A DNA stretch of 64,000 nt from Owenia fusiformis (lineage: Eukaryota), in assembly GCA_903813345.2 (NCBI GenBank), contig CAIIXF020000001.1:19592001-19656000 (forward strand), in the 5' to 3' direction. A program made the translations under genes and the position numbers. Numbering within the stretch: the stretch's first letter is position 1; every line of letters starts with the position of its first letter. Below, piece after piece: positions 1-13,776 of this stretch. The notes beneath the pieces were generated by a model. That model was given only the letters and a program-made list of their open reading frames with translations, did not search any database and had not been told where the DNA came from.

Positions 1-3000
1 GTTACAATTACCCACTATCTAATGAATAAATAGATCTTCCCTTTAATAATTCACTACTTAAAATAAAGCTTGAGATAATTAGTAAGTGATTATTTTGTGT
101 TCTCACTCAACTATGGAGAGGTCATGTTGATAAAGGTGTCATATGACACATTTGATTGACTTCTCTGACAATCTGTGAAGCCCTGAGAAATGAATTTAAA
201 AAAAAAATTGGATTGGAATGTAGAATGTTGGAAGCAATCTTTCCAAAATCATGACTATGTTTTCTAACAACCTTAAAATTTATAGAAAAAAATTATTGAA
301 AATTTAAGAAGCAGAAATGTCCAAATAACATAAGCCCTTTTCATTTTTTCCCAGCAAACCATAGAAATCAAATGATTATTCTGAAATAGAGTCAGAAATG
401 TTTGACCTTTTAGAAAAAGGCATGGCATGGAATTAAATGAGCAAAGAATATAATTGTAAGATTGTTACAATTTTAAGGAAACTAACTCTGAACTCATCCC
501 TCTATAGCTTCTAGTACTTGTTAACATGGAGCCTTAATTTAGGAGCCTTAGTATTTATTTATTAAATGTCTGAATGTGAAATCGGTGTTCAAAAATATGG
601 AAATGGATGCATATAATACTGGGCTTAGGTCAAAATGTTGAATGTGGTCAAAATGCGTAATCAAAATACAATGGATATATGTTTGGGGGATGAAAGTTGA
701 TTTCATTTTGAGTATCCTTGGAGATAATTAACAAAACAGCAGAGGCTCATTTGGAGTGGATATTGAAGGTTAAGCCAAAAAAGAGACAAAATTATGTTTT
801 TATGGACTCCAAGGTTGATTTATTATTCTGACCCCTCTCCGAATGAATATAAATCTGAAAACCTAACATATTGATTGAATGCTTAATATTGATATTTGAA
901 GAATGTGGCTGATTATGTATGTACATGTATGTAGTTTTCCCAATAAAATTGATAAATGAATGATTTAAAAATTGCAAAATACAGAGATTATTTATGCACC
1001 CAAAACACACATAGAGACCTAATTTACCGACTTCAAAAATCGAACATTTCACATATGACAGATACGAGTCTAGACAATATAGTTAATCTTTTGTTGGACA
1101 TTCCATGCTAACACTAACCAGGCGTGAATTATTGTACTGTTAGACTGCATGTGAAAGAGATATATTTGTTAATGTCTAATGCCCTGACATTTCTCACATC
1201 ACCTTCAATCCTCAAAGGATCTCATGATATTTACAAGCTCTTGATCCAAAAGTTTATTACGACATTCTGTTTCTTGCCTGTTTACAGCCAAGAGGGGGGA
1301 ACAAGCTAGAAATGAAAGATACAGGGTAAAAGTTTAGACTTTAAATTATCTAAAAGTGTAAGGTGCTCTGACTTTTTATTCAAATAATTTTGAGAAAATA
1401 AGCGAAATATTCTCAGTCTGGTTAAACTGTTTGGGATGGACATCTGCAGAAATTCACAGAAGCAGAAGAGAAACAAATCCAAGATAACACAGCAGACGTT
1501 AGAAAACTTTCATTTTTTACAAAATTATATAGATTACATTTACAGTAGTTCGACATTTTACCATGGGCTTTCAACTTTTCTTGAAAGCCAATGATTTTAC
1601 GCTTTAATGGAGATGTACAGTTTGCATGATCATGAATTTCTTGGCTTAATTAACCATTAGTAATTTTGGTGACATTTGTATCAGTTTTAGTTGATTCACG
1701 AATGCAATATGTCAGTGTTAATATTTTAGTTGGTGTCACTGATGTCATTTAATTTGTTAAATCTAACATTTAGTTTTTATTTTGTGCACTGAAAGGTTCT
1801 GTGCTGATGTCAAATAAATTATTAAGAATAAGTGTGATGTCATATAAATCATTGATAATTGAATTATGAGATCGTAATTATGAGATCGTTTTTGAGAAAA
1901 ACAAAGATAGATCTTGTAAACAACTTGTTACATCGTCATCCTATAGAATCGACTTGCTGAGTCCTGAAAACTGTAAGTAACCAAAAATCGTCCCGACTCA
2001 TTTCTCACAGTTTTAATAATCCCTAATAGGCTTAACTAAACCCAAAGACCTGATGTGAAAAATGCCGATTGGGATTGTGCTTGTTGAATTCAATTATGGA
2101 ATGATCAGAGTTGCGAAAAGACCAACTACAATGTGTGAATACAGATCAAGGGAAGCTAATATGTAGGATTCCACCAAGTAGATTAGATGGGATAATGTGG
2201 TCGGTCTTACAGGATGCCATACTTCAATGTTTGTGAAAAGGCTCTAATTAAAGCTCAGTCCATTCATCAATCCACTCTAGGCCCTTTTTGTCGCCCTTTT
2301 GAAAAAGTGCTGTATTGTCTTCGTGTTGTGTTGATGGGTGTGGGGGTAGGTGCCACTTGAATCAGTTCTTGTTATATAGTTTCCACCAAAAAGTGGTGAC
2401 ATATTTTTAGAGTCACTATTTATGACTGGCTTACTAGTGTTTGGCAAATGGTTGCTCTTTTGTAATCACAACCAGGTTGTGTCAATACCTTGTTTTAGCA
2501 TGTTCATGTTCTCCAAAATTTGGCTTGACTTGTAGTATGATGTTTGATATGGGCCGGGTGATATTTTCATCTGGTCTGGAAAATAACATTGCTACTGGTC
2601 CCTAATATCTTTTTCATGGTTTCAAATCAATAAGGTTCAAGATATACTAGAGATCAAAAGGCTTGAGCTATTTGTAGTACAGAATATAATCAGCAATATT
2701 AATTATATTTCAAACAAAACTTTGAATTGACCTTGTAGTCAGTTTTTGACCTTGACCTTGTAGTCAGTCTTTGACCTTGACCTAGTAGTCAGCCTTTGGC
2801 CTTCTCCGAAAGTAGTTTCCCAGCAATTTCAGCCCTTAAGTAGTACTGAGAAGGAACGGTATACAAAATCGAAAAAATGGTGTGAAGGATATGTAAATTG
2901 AAAAAACCAATGCAGTACTCTCATCATCAATCAACATACAAAGTTAACCCCAAACCAGGGCATTCATGCACATCCTTTTGAAGTAGCATAAAACAATTGC

Positions 3001-3304
3001 CTATGTTAAGCTATTTAAGCATCTTGGATATTCAATGTTGAGTTAAACTCGGTTAAACCAATCAATCAAAAGCCATGATTAGCAATGAAAGCATATCAAT
3101 TATGTACACGTAATTGTAACGCATAGCACTTTACATTTGTAACCTGGCACTTTTGACATTTTCCTTAATGGCAGAGAGAAACTAAATTAAGCAAAGTTTC
3201 CAGTGAAAAGGTAGGTGTGATATCAACCACCCATTGCAGTTCATATTGTTAGGTATTGCACCTTTGTTATAAATTGGCCATTGTACTCTGTTCCTTTGTT
3301 CTCA

Positions 3305-3520
3305 TGTCATTGAAATTAGATCTTTGACTTTCTCAAAAGAATCTTTCGAAAGAATAGTAGTAGCCATTGAAATCAGTTCTTTTACTTTTTCAAAAAAGCT
3401 CAAAAGAATAACTCAAAAGTAGCCATTGAAATTATTCATTCTATTTTTTCAAAAGAATAGCTTGAAGGACTAGACAAGGAAATTAATCTCTTTACTTTTC
3501 CAGAAAATAGCTCAAAAGGA
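3305..3520. repeat. Degenerate ~58-bp tandem repeat, ~4 copies
   Basis: CATTGAAAT...CTTTTACTTTTTCAAAAGAATAGCT recurring. Confidence 0.6.
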
Positions 3521-5766
3521 TCGTGAATGAATATTCTGATTTCATTCACTGACCTCAGTCTTAATGCAACTAGAAATATACATGACGTTAACATGCAAAA
3601 TGTCACCACCTGCCATTTGTTACAGACACCGACTGAATTCCATCAACAAAAAAGTTAGAGACTATAACAATTTTGACATCTCTTCACCAAGTAAAGTAAC
3701 CCCCCCTATTCATAAGTAGTGTGTTCTTTAAATATTCAATAAACTAAACAATATCAATGTAAACATGTACCATGTACAATACATGCAAATTCAATGTAAA
3801 AAAAGTAAAGTAAACCATACCGAGTGAAGATGAACCTTCTCTCAGACAAATATTTAGTCTTGATGCATATTTACTTGTCAGTGTTAGTCTCAGATATTGG
3901 ATGAAATCAATTGTTAATCGAGGTGTGACAATAAATTGATGGCCAGTGAGACTCTCTTCGTGTCCACCATGGCGACCATGTCAGCTTCATATTAATATGT
4001 TTACCATGTAACATCTAGTATACCCTTTGCAAAAGCTAAACTGAATCTTCACTCTACAGGAGAGATTATTCTGTGACACTACAGTCATGACACCACATTT
4101 TATGAGTATAAGTAACTCACATTCAAATTACATTCATAGTCTCATTAAAGGCCATAAAACACTACAGTAATACCTATCTAATCTGAATGCCATTTGGGCA
4201 AGCCAAAAGTGTTCAAAATAGCAGGTGTTCACATTTCAATGTTTCTTGAACAAGAGACTCAATTGAAGGTTGGGACTTAGAGAAAATGTTCATATTAAGA
4301 GGTGTTCATAGTACAGAAGTGTTCACATATAGTTCTACAGTCGCTACATTTTAAATCTTTTTAAGACAGAGGGGAGGGTGGTTAACCTGTTGTGATTCAG
4401 GGTAGGGTCATCTGGTGGAGTCTAATCCCAATGACACTTATGAGATCTGATTGATTGCATGTATTTACATATATCTATTCTTCACTTTTTTCATATTAGT
4501 TGTCATACAAAATTAAAGTTTGTACTCGAATGATTAACTAACGCTTAATAAAATGAATGACAGGTGATTTAATATATCCATTAGTAAGACATCATAGACG
4601 AGACAATCTGCTTTATGATAATGGCCTAAACAACAAGGAGGCAGTGTCATAGATGTAGTTAATTAGGTAATCGTTAGATGTTTTGCTTAGACATTTGTCT
4701 GATAGGTACTTACTTACATTACCCCCCTTAACTCTGTTTTCGATATTTTTTCACAAACGTTCAGTGGATATGTAATTGGATGTATCAGTAAAATGTCCAA
4801 ATTTACTCTTGACTAATAGAATTATACGGACTTCTGAATTTGAAACCACCAAAGTAATTTTGCCCAGTACGACATGCAACATGATTGGGGTCTATAATTT
4901 CCGAAAATAATTCGCTTCCACAAGAGAATTAGGACCTGACTACCCACTAGAAACTTCTATGTTGTCCAAGTCAAATGAATATAAGAATAAAATATGAAAA
5001 TTATAAAAATAGCGATGAATGTGGCAAACAGGCATGTGGATACCAATCTGAATTTTAGATATAAACATATGAGATATTTCATTCAAATTTGCAAAAAGTG
5101 AATAAAACGTGCGATCTTAGTGTTTTTTGAAGCATGGGTAGGACATATTTCATTGCATACAACAGTATGATAGAAATTTAACTCGGGGAGGTCCTATCTC
5201 GCCTTATTTCATCCTTGGCTTATTCGACTAATGTGCCGTATAAACCTAATGTTGAAAAAATTCAAATTGATTTTGAAATATACGGGAACACGCTATGTCT
5301 ATGACTATTAGTGGTTCAATGGGTGTTATAACCACTCAGTATTTAATGGTTACCATGGCAGTTGGGGGTAACAAATCATCACTAGAAGTCTCCCATGATC
5401 CACTTGTTAAATAATTTCTGAGGGTAAATTAGTTTAACCATTTAGTATTCTATGTGGTGGTTTATTTCTACAAAATATCTGTGGCTTGATAAGATAGAAT
5501 GGCTCGACTTTTTCGTTTAGATTATCTAAGTATTAAACAAATGCCAGTTGTGGAAAAATAGGAAATAAATAGAGGTCATTCACACTAGTCAGTGACATGT
5601 TGTATATGGCTATCATCTCACTGTATGTCGAACATCTCTTTGAACATCTGAATACCTTCCAATGTGAACACTTTTTTCCTGTTCCCTGTCTTTATTTCGG
5701 ATTATTTTATTATATTTATTACATACACTAAGCATTTTGACTTTTATATACATAGTATATAATATA

Positions 5767-6658
5767 CAGGGTGGGCCAAAAAAAACCATCCCCCTAGCCA
5801 ATATTCCTGATAAATTTTTATTTTTTAATAATAATAATAAACATATGAGCAAAAATATAATCTGAATGTTAATGACATGAGGTGTTAAAAAGGACTCCTC
5901 AAGGATATATAAAACATGTGAAAGAAATTTCATTTTCTGATAGGAAAGTGCTTCATCACGCAGGTCCAATGCTACCCTGGAGTTTTTGGAAATTTGAAAT
6001 GACATCATCTCTAGCCCGGACAAATGGCTTACTGGCAGTCCAGATGCCAATAATGTCGATTACCATACCTGGGGTCATCTAGAACAGTTGATATTTAAAG
6101 ATACCCAGCCTATCAGGGATGTAGAGGAACTAAAAGTAAGAATAACTAGCAGTTGAATGGTACTTCCACATGCATCCATCAATTATGCCATCAACCAATG
6201 GCTTCCACGTCTTAAGCAAATAATCCAATCAGAGGATGGGTCCGGGGGTGGGTCTATTGAGCCATATTTGGACAGACTGAAGAAGAAATTAATTTGTTTT
6301 GTAAGCATACACATGTTTATTGAGCATGCATGGTTCAAAAACTGAATATAAAATAATATACAATATCCAATTATGAAAGACTCATGACAATGTTGCAACT
6401 TTTAACTGAACAGTAAAATTTGGTAGAAATAGGCTATTGTTCGCAAAATTGATGAAAATTGAAAAGGTGTTTTTTGACCCCCATGTCACATAATGGGTTA
6501 TATTTCTATATGGGGTTGTTGAAAATGGTGCTATTATATATCATTTTGTTGCAAATTAAATTATCTTTAAAATGATATATCATTGTTGGTGTACATGTTA
6601 AAAAATAAATATTTATCAGGTATAATGGCTAGGGGGGTGGTTTTTTTGGCCCACCCTG
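5767..6658 (+). mobile_element. Internally deleted Tc1/mariner element, DD37D (maT-like), with transposase C-terminal relic
   Basis: TIRs CAGGGTGGGCCAAAAAAAACCA(T)CCCCCTAGCCA / TGGCTAGGGGGGTGGTTTTTTTGGCCCACCCTG flanked by TA (5765-66, 6659-60). Internal frame 5929-6280 translates to a stop-interrupted transposase catalytic tail. Confidence 0.88.
5929..6280 (+). pseudogene. Degenerate transposase fragment
   Basis: Reads FIF**ESASSRRSNATLEFLEI*NDIISSPDKWLTGSPDANNVDYHTWGHLEQLIF...DVEELKVRITSS*MVLPHASINYAINQWLPRLKQIIQSEDG, aligning to the Tc1/mariner pattern FQQDGAPAH...WPPNSPDLNPLDY..WG...RLRAVIEANGG. Confidence 0.85.
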
Positions 6659-8670
6659 TATATGTATATAAAATCCTTAAAAGTAAATTACTTAGGTGTA
6701 AAATTCTACAGAAGTTCTTTTGTATTGAAAATATACCTTAAAGATAATAAATGCAGCTATTGAGAACATAAAGTTATGATTTTCAGAGTTTTAGATCATA
6801 TATTCAAGTATAACTCGGTTTTCATAATGATAACTATCTTACCATTGATGTACTTGCAGTTGAATATTTAAAATTTGGTTTATTTCATACTCCAGTTCAA
6901 TCAGAGAGAGATGAAAATATAAGCATAACCAGTGTGTATGTTGATGCTTCAGAAGGGAGAGTTGGGTCACCTTAGAAGTGATCACTGTCACTATGATTCT
7001 GTTCTTTATCTCTATCAACCCGCATGGTTGCTTCAATTTGATGTTTTATGAACGTCTGTCGAAATAAATGGATAGATTTCACTGAAATCTGCCAGAATTG
7101 GCAGTATTCATGTCAGAGTGAATATTTATCTAGTGATAGACTTGAATAGATGTGGCACGCTTAGCAAAATGTTATCTAATTATAGCTTCAGAAGGCACGG
7201 TTATTACGCTGTAAAACATACATTAACTAAGTTATTCCACAGCTAAATTCACAAAAAGTGTCGATTAAAAATATTGGCTTTTGCTCAGCCTTGATCGTTA
7301 GTACTCAAAACTAATAACTAGTGAGGAAGATATTTATAAAAGATACCATGTCTCTAATCACTGTGTCGGAAATTGGAGATGTTCTCTACATATTGTTTAT
7401 GGAATGAAAATAACAGTTAACGCCTCATGAAGCCACAGCTATTGCATAATCGACTCGTCCGTTTGTCAATTTTCCGAGACCCTGGTGTCTGGTTATTCTA
7501 AAAATACATCTTGCCATAAGCTTGTTAATGCAAAGGATCGAATGAAGACCTCTGTTATTTGATAAGTGAAATATTAAGAGCTTTTGCTATTTTCTGTTTT
7601 CACGAGTATGTACAACTCAGGAATGCATTTCGAGCAATAAGAGGGGATAAAATATGTCAAATCGAACCCCACAAAAACATAGAAATGATAAGTCAATGTG
7701 CAGGTACAAATCTAAGGGGTTGTATAAATGCTATCTTTGACTGAATGCACAGATAAAAGATTTTCATTTTTGCACTAGACATAATGGTTGAGATAACTGG
7801 TTCAAAGATGAAATGAGACTAGTCAGTATCCATAACAACAGTCAAGATGATCCTGATTTTCTGTCTTGCGTAAAATATGAAATAACGCTAGTTGTCAGCA
7901 CAACCAAATGATATAATTAAAAGTCTTATTTGTAAAAACAGGTAATAACATCTCTATCCTGAAGGACCATAAGGCATCATGAATATTTCATGAATTTCTC
8001 TCTTAAATGTCTGAGCTTCAAGACATTCTGTTTATTTATGCAAGCCAGTATTGTGCCAGGGACATGAATGATTATTTATTCAACGCCTCTGTCATTTGCC
8101 ATCATTTTTATGTCACCACCACAATAGACTAGATGCAAGTAGAAATAATCTTAATTTATGTCATTAAAAATTCAAAATTCAGTCAAAGTTGTATCATATT
8201 TGAAATCTACATGTAAAATTACATCTTAAAATGTGGTTTTTAAAAAGTGTTTATCAACTTTGAAAATTAAATTAAATATCTTTTCTTATATTGGACAGAT
8301 AATGTTTTGTTTTACTTGACATATTTTAATTTGTATAAATATCAGATACTATACAAATACTGGATGATCAGGAGCTGAATATAATATGGCAGAATACCTA
8401 TTCGAGAAACAAATATTGGTTTTCAGTAGTGGTGGTGGTGGTGTTTGGAATTCAGAGTTCATTGTTTGTAACAAATGGTAGGTTCTAACATTTTTGCATG
8501 TTACTGCCTTGTCTGTTGTATTTTCTGTTCAGAGTTTGCCAGATCACCTGAGATGTATCCAAAATAGGCTCAAATTTTTTTTTCTCCAAAATTGCCAAAT
8601 GGGTGCAAATTGATTTTCTATTAGGTTTGAGGATATTCCCAACTGTCTTTGCAGTTCTTGGTTGATACTA

Positions 8671-10107
8671 CAGCCCATTTCACTGTTTTATTGCATCAGT
8701 AAAATCCCAAAAATAAGAAATCAGGAGACCATTGTGCAATAATATATAGAAAAGTATATTTACTCTAGTAGCTCATGCTGGTTGAGTATGCACTTCTATG
8801 TCCAGAGATTTTCTCTTCAGAAATCATCTATGTGAAGGTCATTGATCAATTTTGGCTTGGTAACATATTTGCCACAGAAGGCGAAATAGGTCAAATGGCC
8901 ACGCCCTTTTTTACGCGAATACTCCCCCCCATTTTTGCATCTCCGGAACCGTTGGACATAGAAGGTTGTGTGACCACTCAAAATGTCCGGAATGGCCACA
9001 TTATAGGGGGTCAATAATACATATGTATAAACTTTACATCAGATAAATAAGTGATTGAACAATACTCAGTAAAATTTGGGTGCATTTTAGAGAAAAAATA
9101 AAGGTTTTGTGTTCAATTAACAAATGTTCCAATTTTTTTTGGACCACCCTGTAGATACTAGTACTCATTAAAGAATGAACACAAGGAGCACATGTGTCTC
9201 AAACTCACAACCTCTTGGTCTATGATTAAACTCAATCGATATTCAATACTCATAATACATCAGCATTCCTTGTAGATACTAGATATGGTACTCATAAAAG
9301 AATGAACATACGGAGCACACGTGTCTCAAACTCGTAACCTCGTGGTTTAGGGTACCCATTCACCTAAGACCTCTTGGCCAACTCAACAACCAAAAAAGCT
9401 TGTTTCCTTCGCTGATCTGACTAGATAGAGGCTGCGGATTCAGTCTTAAATGATGCAGGATAGATGAAAACTGTTGTGCGTAACATGCTAAAATCAGTTT
9501 TTGGCAAATATCTTGAGAACCATTGACTTTTTTAAATACATGTGTATTATTGACCCCCTATAATGTTGCCATTCCGGACATTTTGAGTGGTCACACAACC
9601 TTCTATGTCCAACGGTTCCGGAGATGCAAAAATGGGGGGGGGGAGTATTCGTGTAAAAAAGGGCGTGGCCATTTGACCTATTTCGCCTTCTGTGGCAAAT
9701 ATGTTACCAAGCCAAAATTGATCAATGACCTTCACATAGATGATTTCTGAAGAGAAAATCTCTGGACATAGAAGTGCATACTCAACCAGCATGAGCTACT
9801 AGAGTAATTCATATTTTACATGATGACAAATGTATATTTCAGATTATTTAGTTTTTTGTGCAATAAGCCCTCTTGTAATGTAAAGAATTTCAGCCATGTT
9901 AATCTTTTTGAAAATACTATGGCAGAGAAGCATCCAAATATAAAAGGCCACACACTTTATTAGCTGAACCAGAAGCAATCCAAGATAAACAAATGTCATT
10001 TATGTATAATAGGAATATATTTTTCCATATATTATTGCACAATGATCTTTTGATTTCTTTTTTGATTTTCAGGTTTTACTGACACAATAAAACAATGAAA
10101 TGGGCTG
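8671..10107. mobile_element. Same MITE family, interrupted by the 8761-9806 insertion
   Basis: Same termini as 12987-13379; both halves align to the intact copy. Confidence 0.8.
8761..9806. mobile_element. Non-autonomous DNA transposon with ~270-bp TIRs and 3-bp TSD (ATT)
   Basis: 8761-~9030 is the near-perfect reverse complement of ~9535-9806 (TACTCTAGTAGCTCATGCTGG...). ATT at 8758-60 and 9807-09. Empty site aaaagtat-ATT-cat seen at about 13065-13078. Confidence 0.9.
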
Positions 10108-10747
10108 TATGTAGATGCTGCGAATCTACTGTTTGCATTATATTGTTTCAAATAGCCTCATCATAATACATCATTATGGTGTAATTATGTGCAGTTATAT
10201 ACTGTAGGTTTAGAATATGAGGAGACATTTTATTAACGGAAAGTTTCAGACAATAGCAGTTATCGATCACCAGATTGAGGTTATCTTCGGGTTCTACTAA
10301 TATATTAAACAAGAGATACGATCACCTGATTGAGTCACCACTTGAACTTAATTAGCTATAAATCATACTTTTAAAACCAGTAAATGCACAATACTTGGGG
10401 AAAACATTACCTGATCTAGGTGCACCAAAGGTATTATAAATAGAATATCATGGAATAAAAATGATATCCCATGATTGGATTCTTTATATCTACTACCATG
10501 TTAAAAATACTCAAATATTTTCTATTAATCCCTGTTTTTATGATGTCCAGAAAAACATTAAATGGTCTTATTCATAAGTCTTTCTTACATGTCTTATAAA
10601 TTCATTTGAATCAGATTTTCAAATTATTAGAATGCCATAAAGCAATACGAATATAGTCAATTAAAGTATAAATATCTATTGAGAATATGCTTTTATTTAA
10701 GCCAGTCCCAGTTGTTTTCGGATCTACGGTTTAAACAGTTTTTACAA

Positions 10748-13700
10748 TTTGACTATATACGTATAGTACATAATATAATATAATATAATATAATATAATA
10801 TAATTTTATGTACATAAAATCCTTAAAAGTAAAAACTTAGGGGTAAAAATATAGAGAAGTTCTTATGTATTCAAAATATGCCTTAAAGAGATACATGTAA
10901 TAAATACAGCAATTGAGAACATGAAGTTATGATTTTCAGAGTTTTAGATCATATATCCAAGTATAACTCGGTTTTCATAATGATAACTATCTTGCCATTG
11001 ATGTACATGCAGTTAAATATTTAAAAATTTGGTTTATTTCATACTCCAGTTCAAACAGAGAGAGATGAAAATATGAGCATAACCAGTGTGTATGTTGATG
11101 CTTCAGAAGGGAGAGTTGGGTCACCTTAGAAGTGATCACTGTCACTATGATTCTGTTCTTTATCTCTATCAACCCGCATGGTTGCTTCAATTTGATGTTT
11201 TATGAACGTCTGTCGAAATAAATGGATAGATTTCACTGAAATCTGCCAGAATTGGCAGTATTCATGTCAGAGTGAATATTTATCTAGTGATAGACTTGAA
11301 TAGATGTGGCACGCTTAGCAAAATGTTATCTAATTATAGCTTCAGAAGGCACGGTTATTACACTGTAAAACATACATTAACTAAGTTATTCCACAGCTAA
11401 ATTCACAAAAAGTGTTGATTAAAAATATTGGCTTTTGCTAAGTCTTGATCGTTAGTACTCAAAACTAATAACTAGTGAGGAAGATATTTATAAAAGATAC
11501 CATGTCTCTAATCACTGTGTCGGAAATTGGAGATGTTCTCTACATATTGTTTATGGAATGAAAATAACAGTTAACGCCTCATGAAGCCACAGCTATTGCA
11601 TAATAGACTCGTCCGTTTGTCAATTTTCCGAGACTCTGGTGTCTGGTTATTCTAAAAATACATCATGCCATAAGCTTGTTAATGCAAAGGATCGAATGAA
11701 GACCTCTGTTATTTGATAAGTGAAATATTAAGTGCTTTTGCTATTTTCTGTTTTCACGAGTGTGTACAACTCAGGAATGCATTTGGAGCAATAAGAGGGG
11801 ATAAAATATGTCAAATCAAACCCCACAAAAACATAGAAATGATAAGTCAATGTGCAGGTACAAATCTTAGGGTTTGGATAAATGCTATCTTTGACTGAAT
11901 GCACAGATAAAAGATTTTCATTTTTGTACTAGACATAATGGTTGATAACTGGTTCAAAAATGAAATGAGACTAGTCTGTATCCATAACAACAGTCAAGAT
12001 GATCCTGATTTTCTGTCTTGCGTAAAATATGAAATAACGCTAGTTGTCAGCACAACCAAATGATATAATTAAAAGTCTTATTTGTAAAAACAGGTAATAA
12101 CATCTCTATCCTGAAGGACCATAAGGCATCATGAATATTTCATGAATTTCTCTCTTAAATGTCTGAGCTTCAAGACATTCTGTTTATTTATGCAAGCCAG
12201 TATTGTGCCAGGGACATGAATGATTATTTATTCAACGCCTCTGTCATTTGCCATCATTTTTATGTCACCACCACAATAGACTAGATGCAAGTAGAAATAA
12301 TCTTAATTTATGTCATTAAAAATTAAAAATTCAGTCAAAGTGGTATCATATTTGAAATCTACATGTAAAATTACATCTTAAAATGTGGTTTTTAAAAAGT
12401 GTTTATCAACTTTGAAAATTAAATTTTCTTTGAAAATGTGAGTTCTAGGTGGGGGAGATTCCCTTAGACCCCATGTTATAAAATCAAAAAAGTGAATATC
12501 TTTTCTTATATTGGACAGATAATATTTTCTTTTACTGGACATATTTTAATTTGTATAAAAAATCAGATACTATACAACTGGATGATCAGGAGCTGGATAT
12601 AATATGGCAGAATACCTATTCGAGAAACAAATATTGGGCCGAATTAGCCACCTGGTGGTGAAAATGGCAATTACCTACTCGCATCTGTGTAATTGGTGAC
12701 ATATTATTATAGTCTTCAACTTTTTTGGATGGTGTTTGGTGGTTGGTGTTCAGTGGTGGTGGTGTTTGGAATTCAGAGTTCATTGTTTGTAACAAATGGC
12801 AGGTTCTAACATTTTTGCATCTTACTGCCTTGTCTGTTGTATTTTCTGTTCAGAGTTTGCCAGATCACCTGAGATATATCCAAAATAAGCTCAAAATAAT
12901 TTTTAAATTGCCAAATGGGTGCAAATTGATTTTCTATTAGGTTTGAGGATATTCCCAACTGTCGTTGAAGTTCTTGGTTGATACTACAGCCCATTTCACT
13001 ATTTATTGCGTCAGTAAAATACCATGAATAAGAAATCAGGAGACCATTGTGCAATAATATATAGAAAAGTATATTCATATTGTACATGATGACAATTGTA
13101 TATTTTAGATTATTTAGTTTTTTGTGCAATAAGCTTGTGCCCTCTTGTAATTTAAAGAATTTCAGCCATGTTAATCTTTTTGAAAATAACATGGCAGAGA
13201 AGCATCCAAATATAAGAGGCCACACACTTTATTACCTGAACCAGAAGCAATCCCAGATAAACAAATGTCATTTATGTATATTAGGAATATATTTTTCCAT
13301 ATGTTATTGCATAATGATCTTTTGATTTCTTTTTTGATTTTCAGGTTTTACTGACGCAATAAAACAATGAAATGGGCTGTATGTCGATGCTGCAAATCTA
13401 CTGTTTGCATTATATTGTTTCAAATAGCCTCATCATAATACATCATTATAAGGTGTAATTATGTGCAGTTATATACTGTAGGTTTAGATTATGAGGAGAC
13501 ATTTTATTCTAATAACGGAAAGTTTCAGACAATAGCAGTTATTGATTACCAGATTGAGGTTATCTTCGGGTTCTACTAATATATTAAACAAGAGATACGA
13601 TCACCTGATCGAGTCACCACTTGAACTTAATTAGCTATAAATCACACTTTTAAAACCAGTAAATGCACAATACTTGGGGAAAACACTAACTTACTTAGGT

Positions 13701-13776
13701 GCACCAATGGTATTATAAATAGAATATCATGTAATAAAAATGATATCTCATGATTGGATTCTTTATATCTACTACC
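10748..13776 (+). repeat. Tandem duplication copy 2 (empty at both insertion sites)
   Basis: Same sequence as copy 1 with scattered substitutions, extra segments at about 12421-12495 and 12636-12740, and an (ATAAT)n run at 10770-10803. Homology ends at ...tatctactacc (10497 / 13776). Confidence 0.92.
12987..13379. mobile_element. MITE with CAGCCCATTTCA TIRs and TA TSD (Tc1/mariner-type)
   Basis: TA|CAGCCCATTTCAC... / ...TGAAATGGGCTG|TA with imperfect inverted symmetry over about 100 bp. Further copies at 8671-10107 and 49139-49499. Confidence 0.8.

Larger units (their letters stand above)
5740..10497 (+). repeat. Tandem duplication copy 1 (carries insertions 5767-6658 and 8761-9806)
   Basis: 6661-8760 and 9807-10497 align almost base for base with 10808-13776. 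The tttgact...atagta.ataatata flank left of the mariner element also matches about 10748-10780. Confidence 0.92.

Noticed and set aside
8775-9792. Mirror-image ORF pairs (8775+/9547- and 8817-/9523+)
   Set aside because: They are simply the two TIRs of the 8761-9806 element; no recognisable domain.
6839-11898. Duplicated short ORFs (6839/10987 and 7559/11713)
   Set aside because: TTG starts, no recognisable homology, and the duplication of the DNA explains their recurrence.
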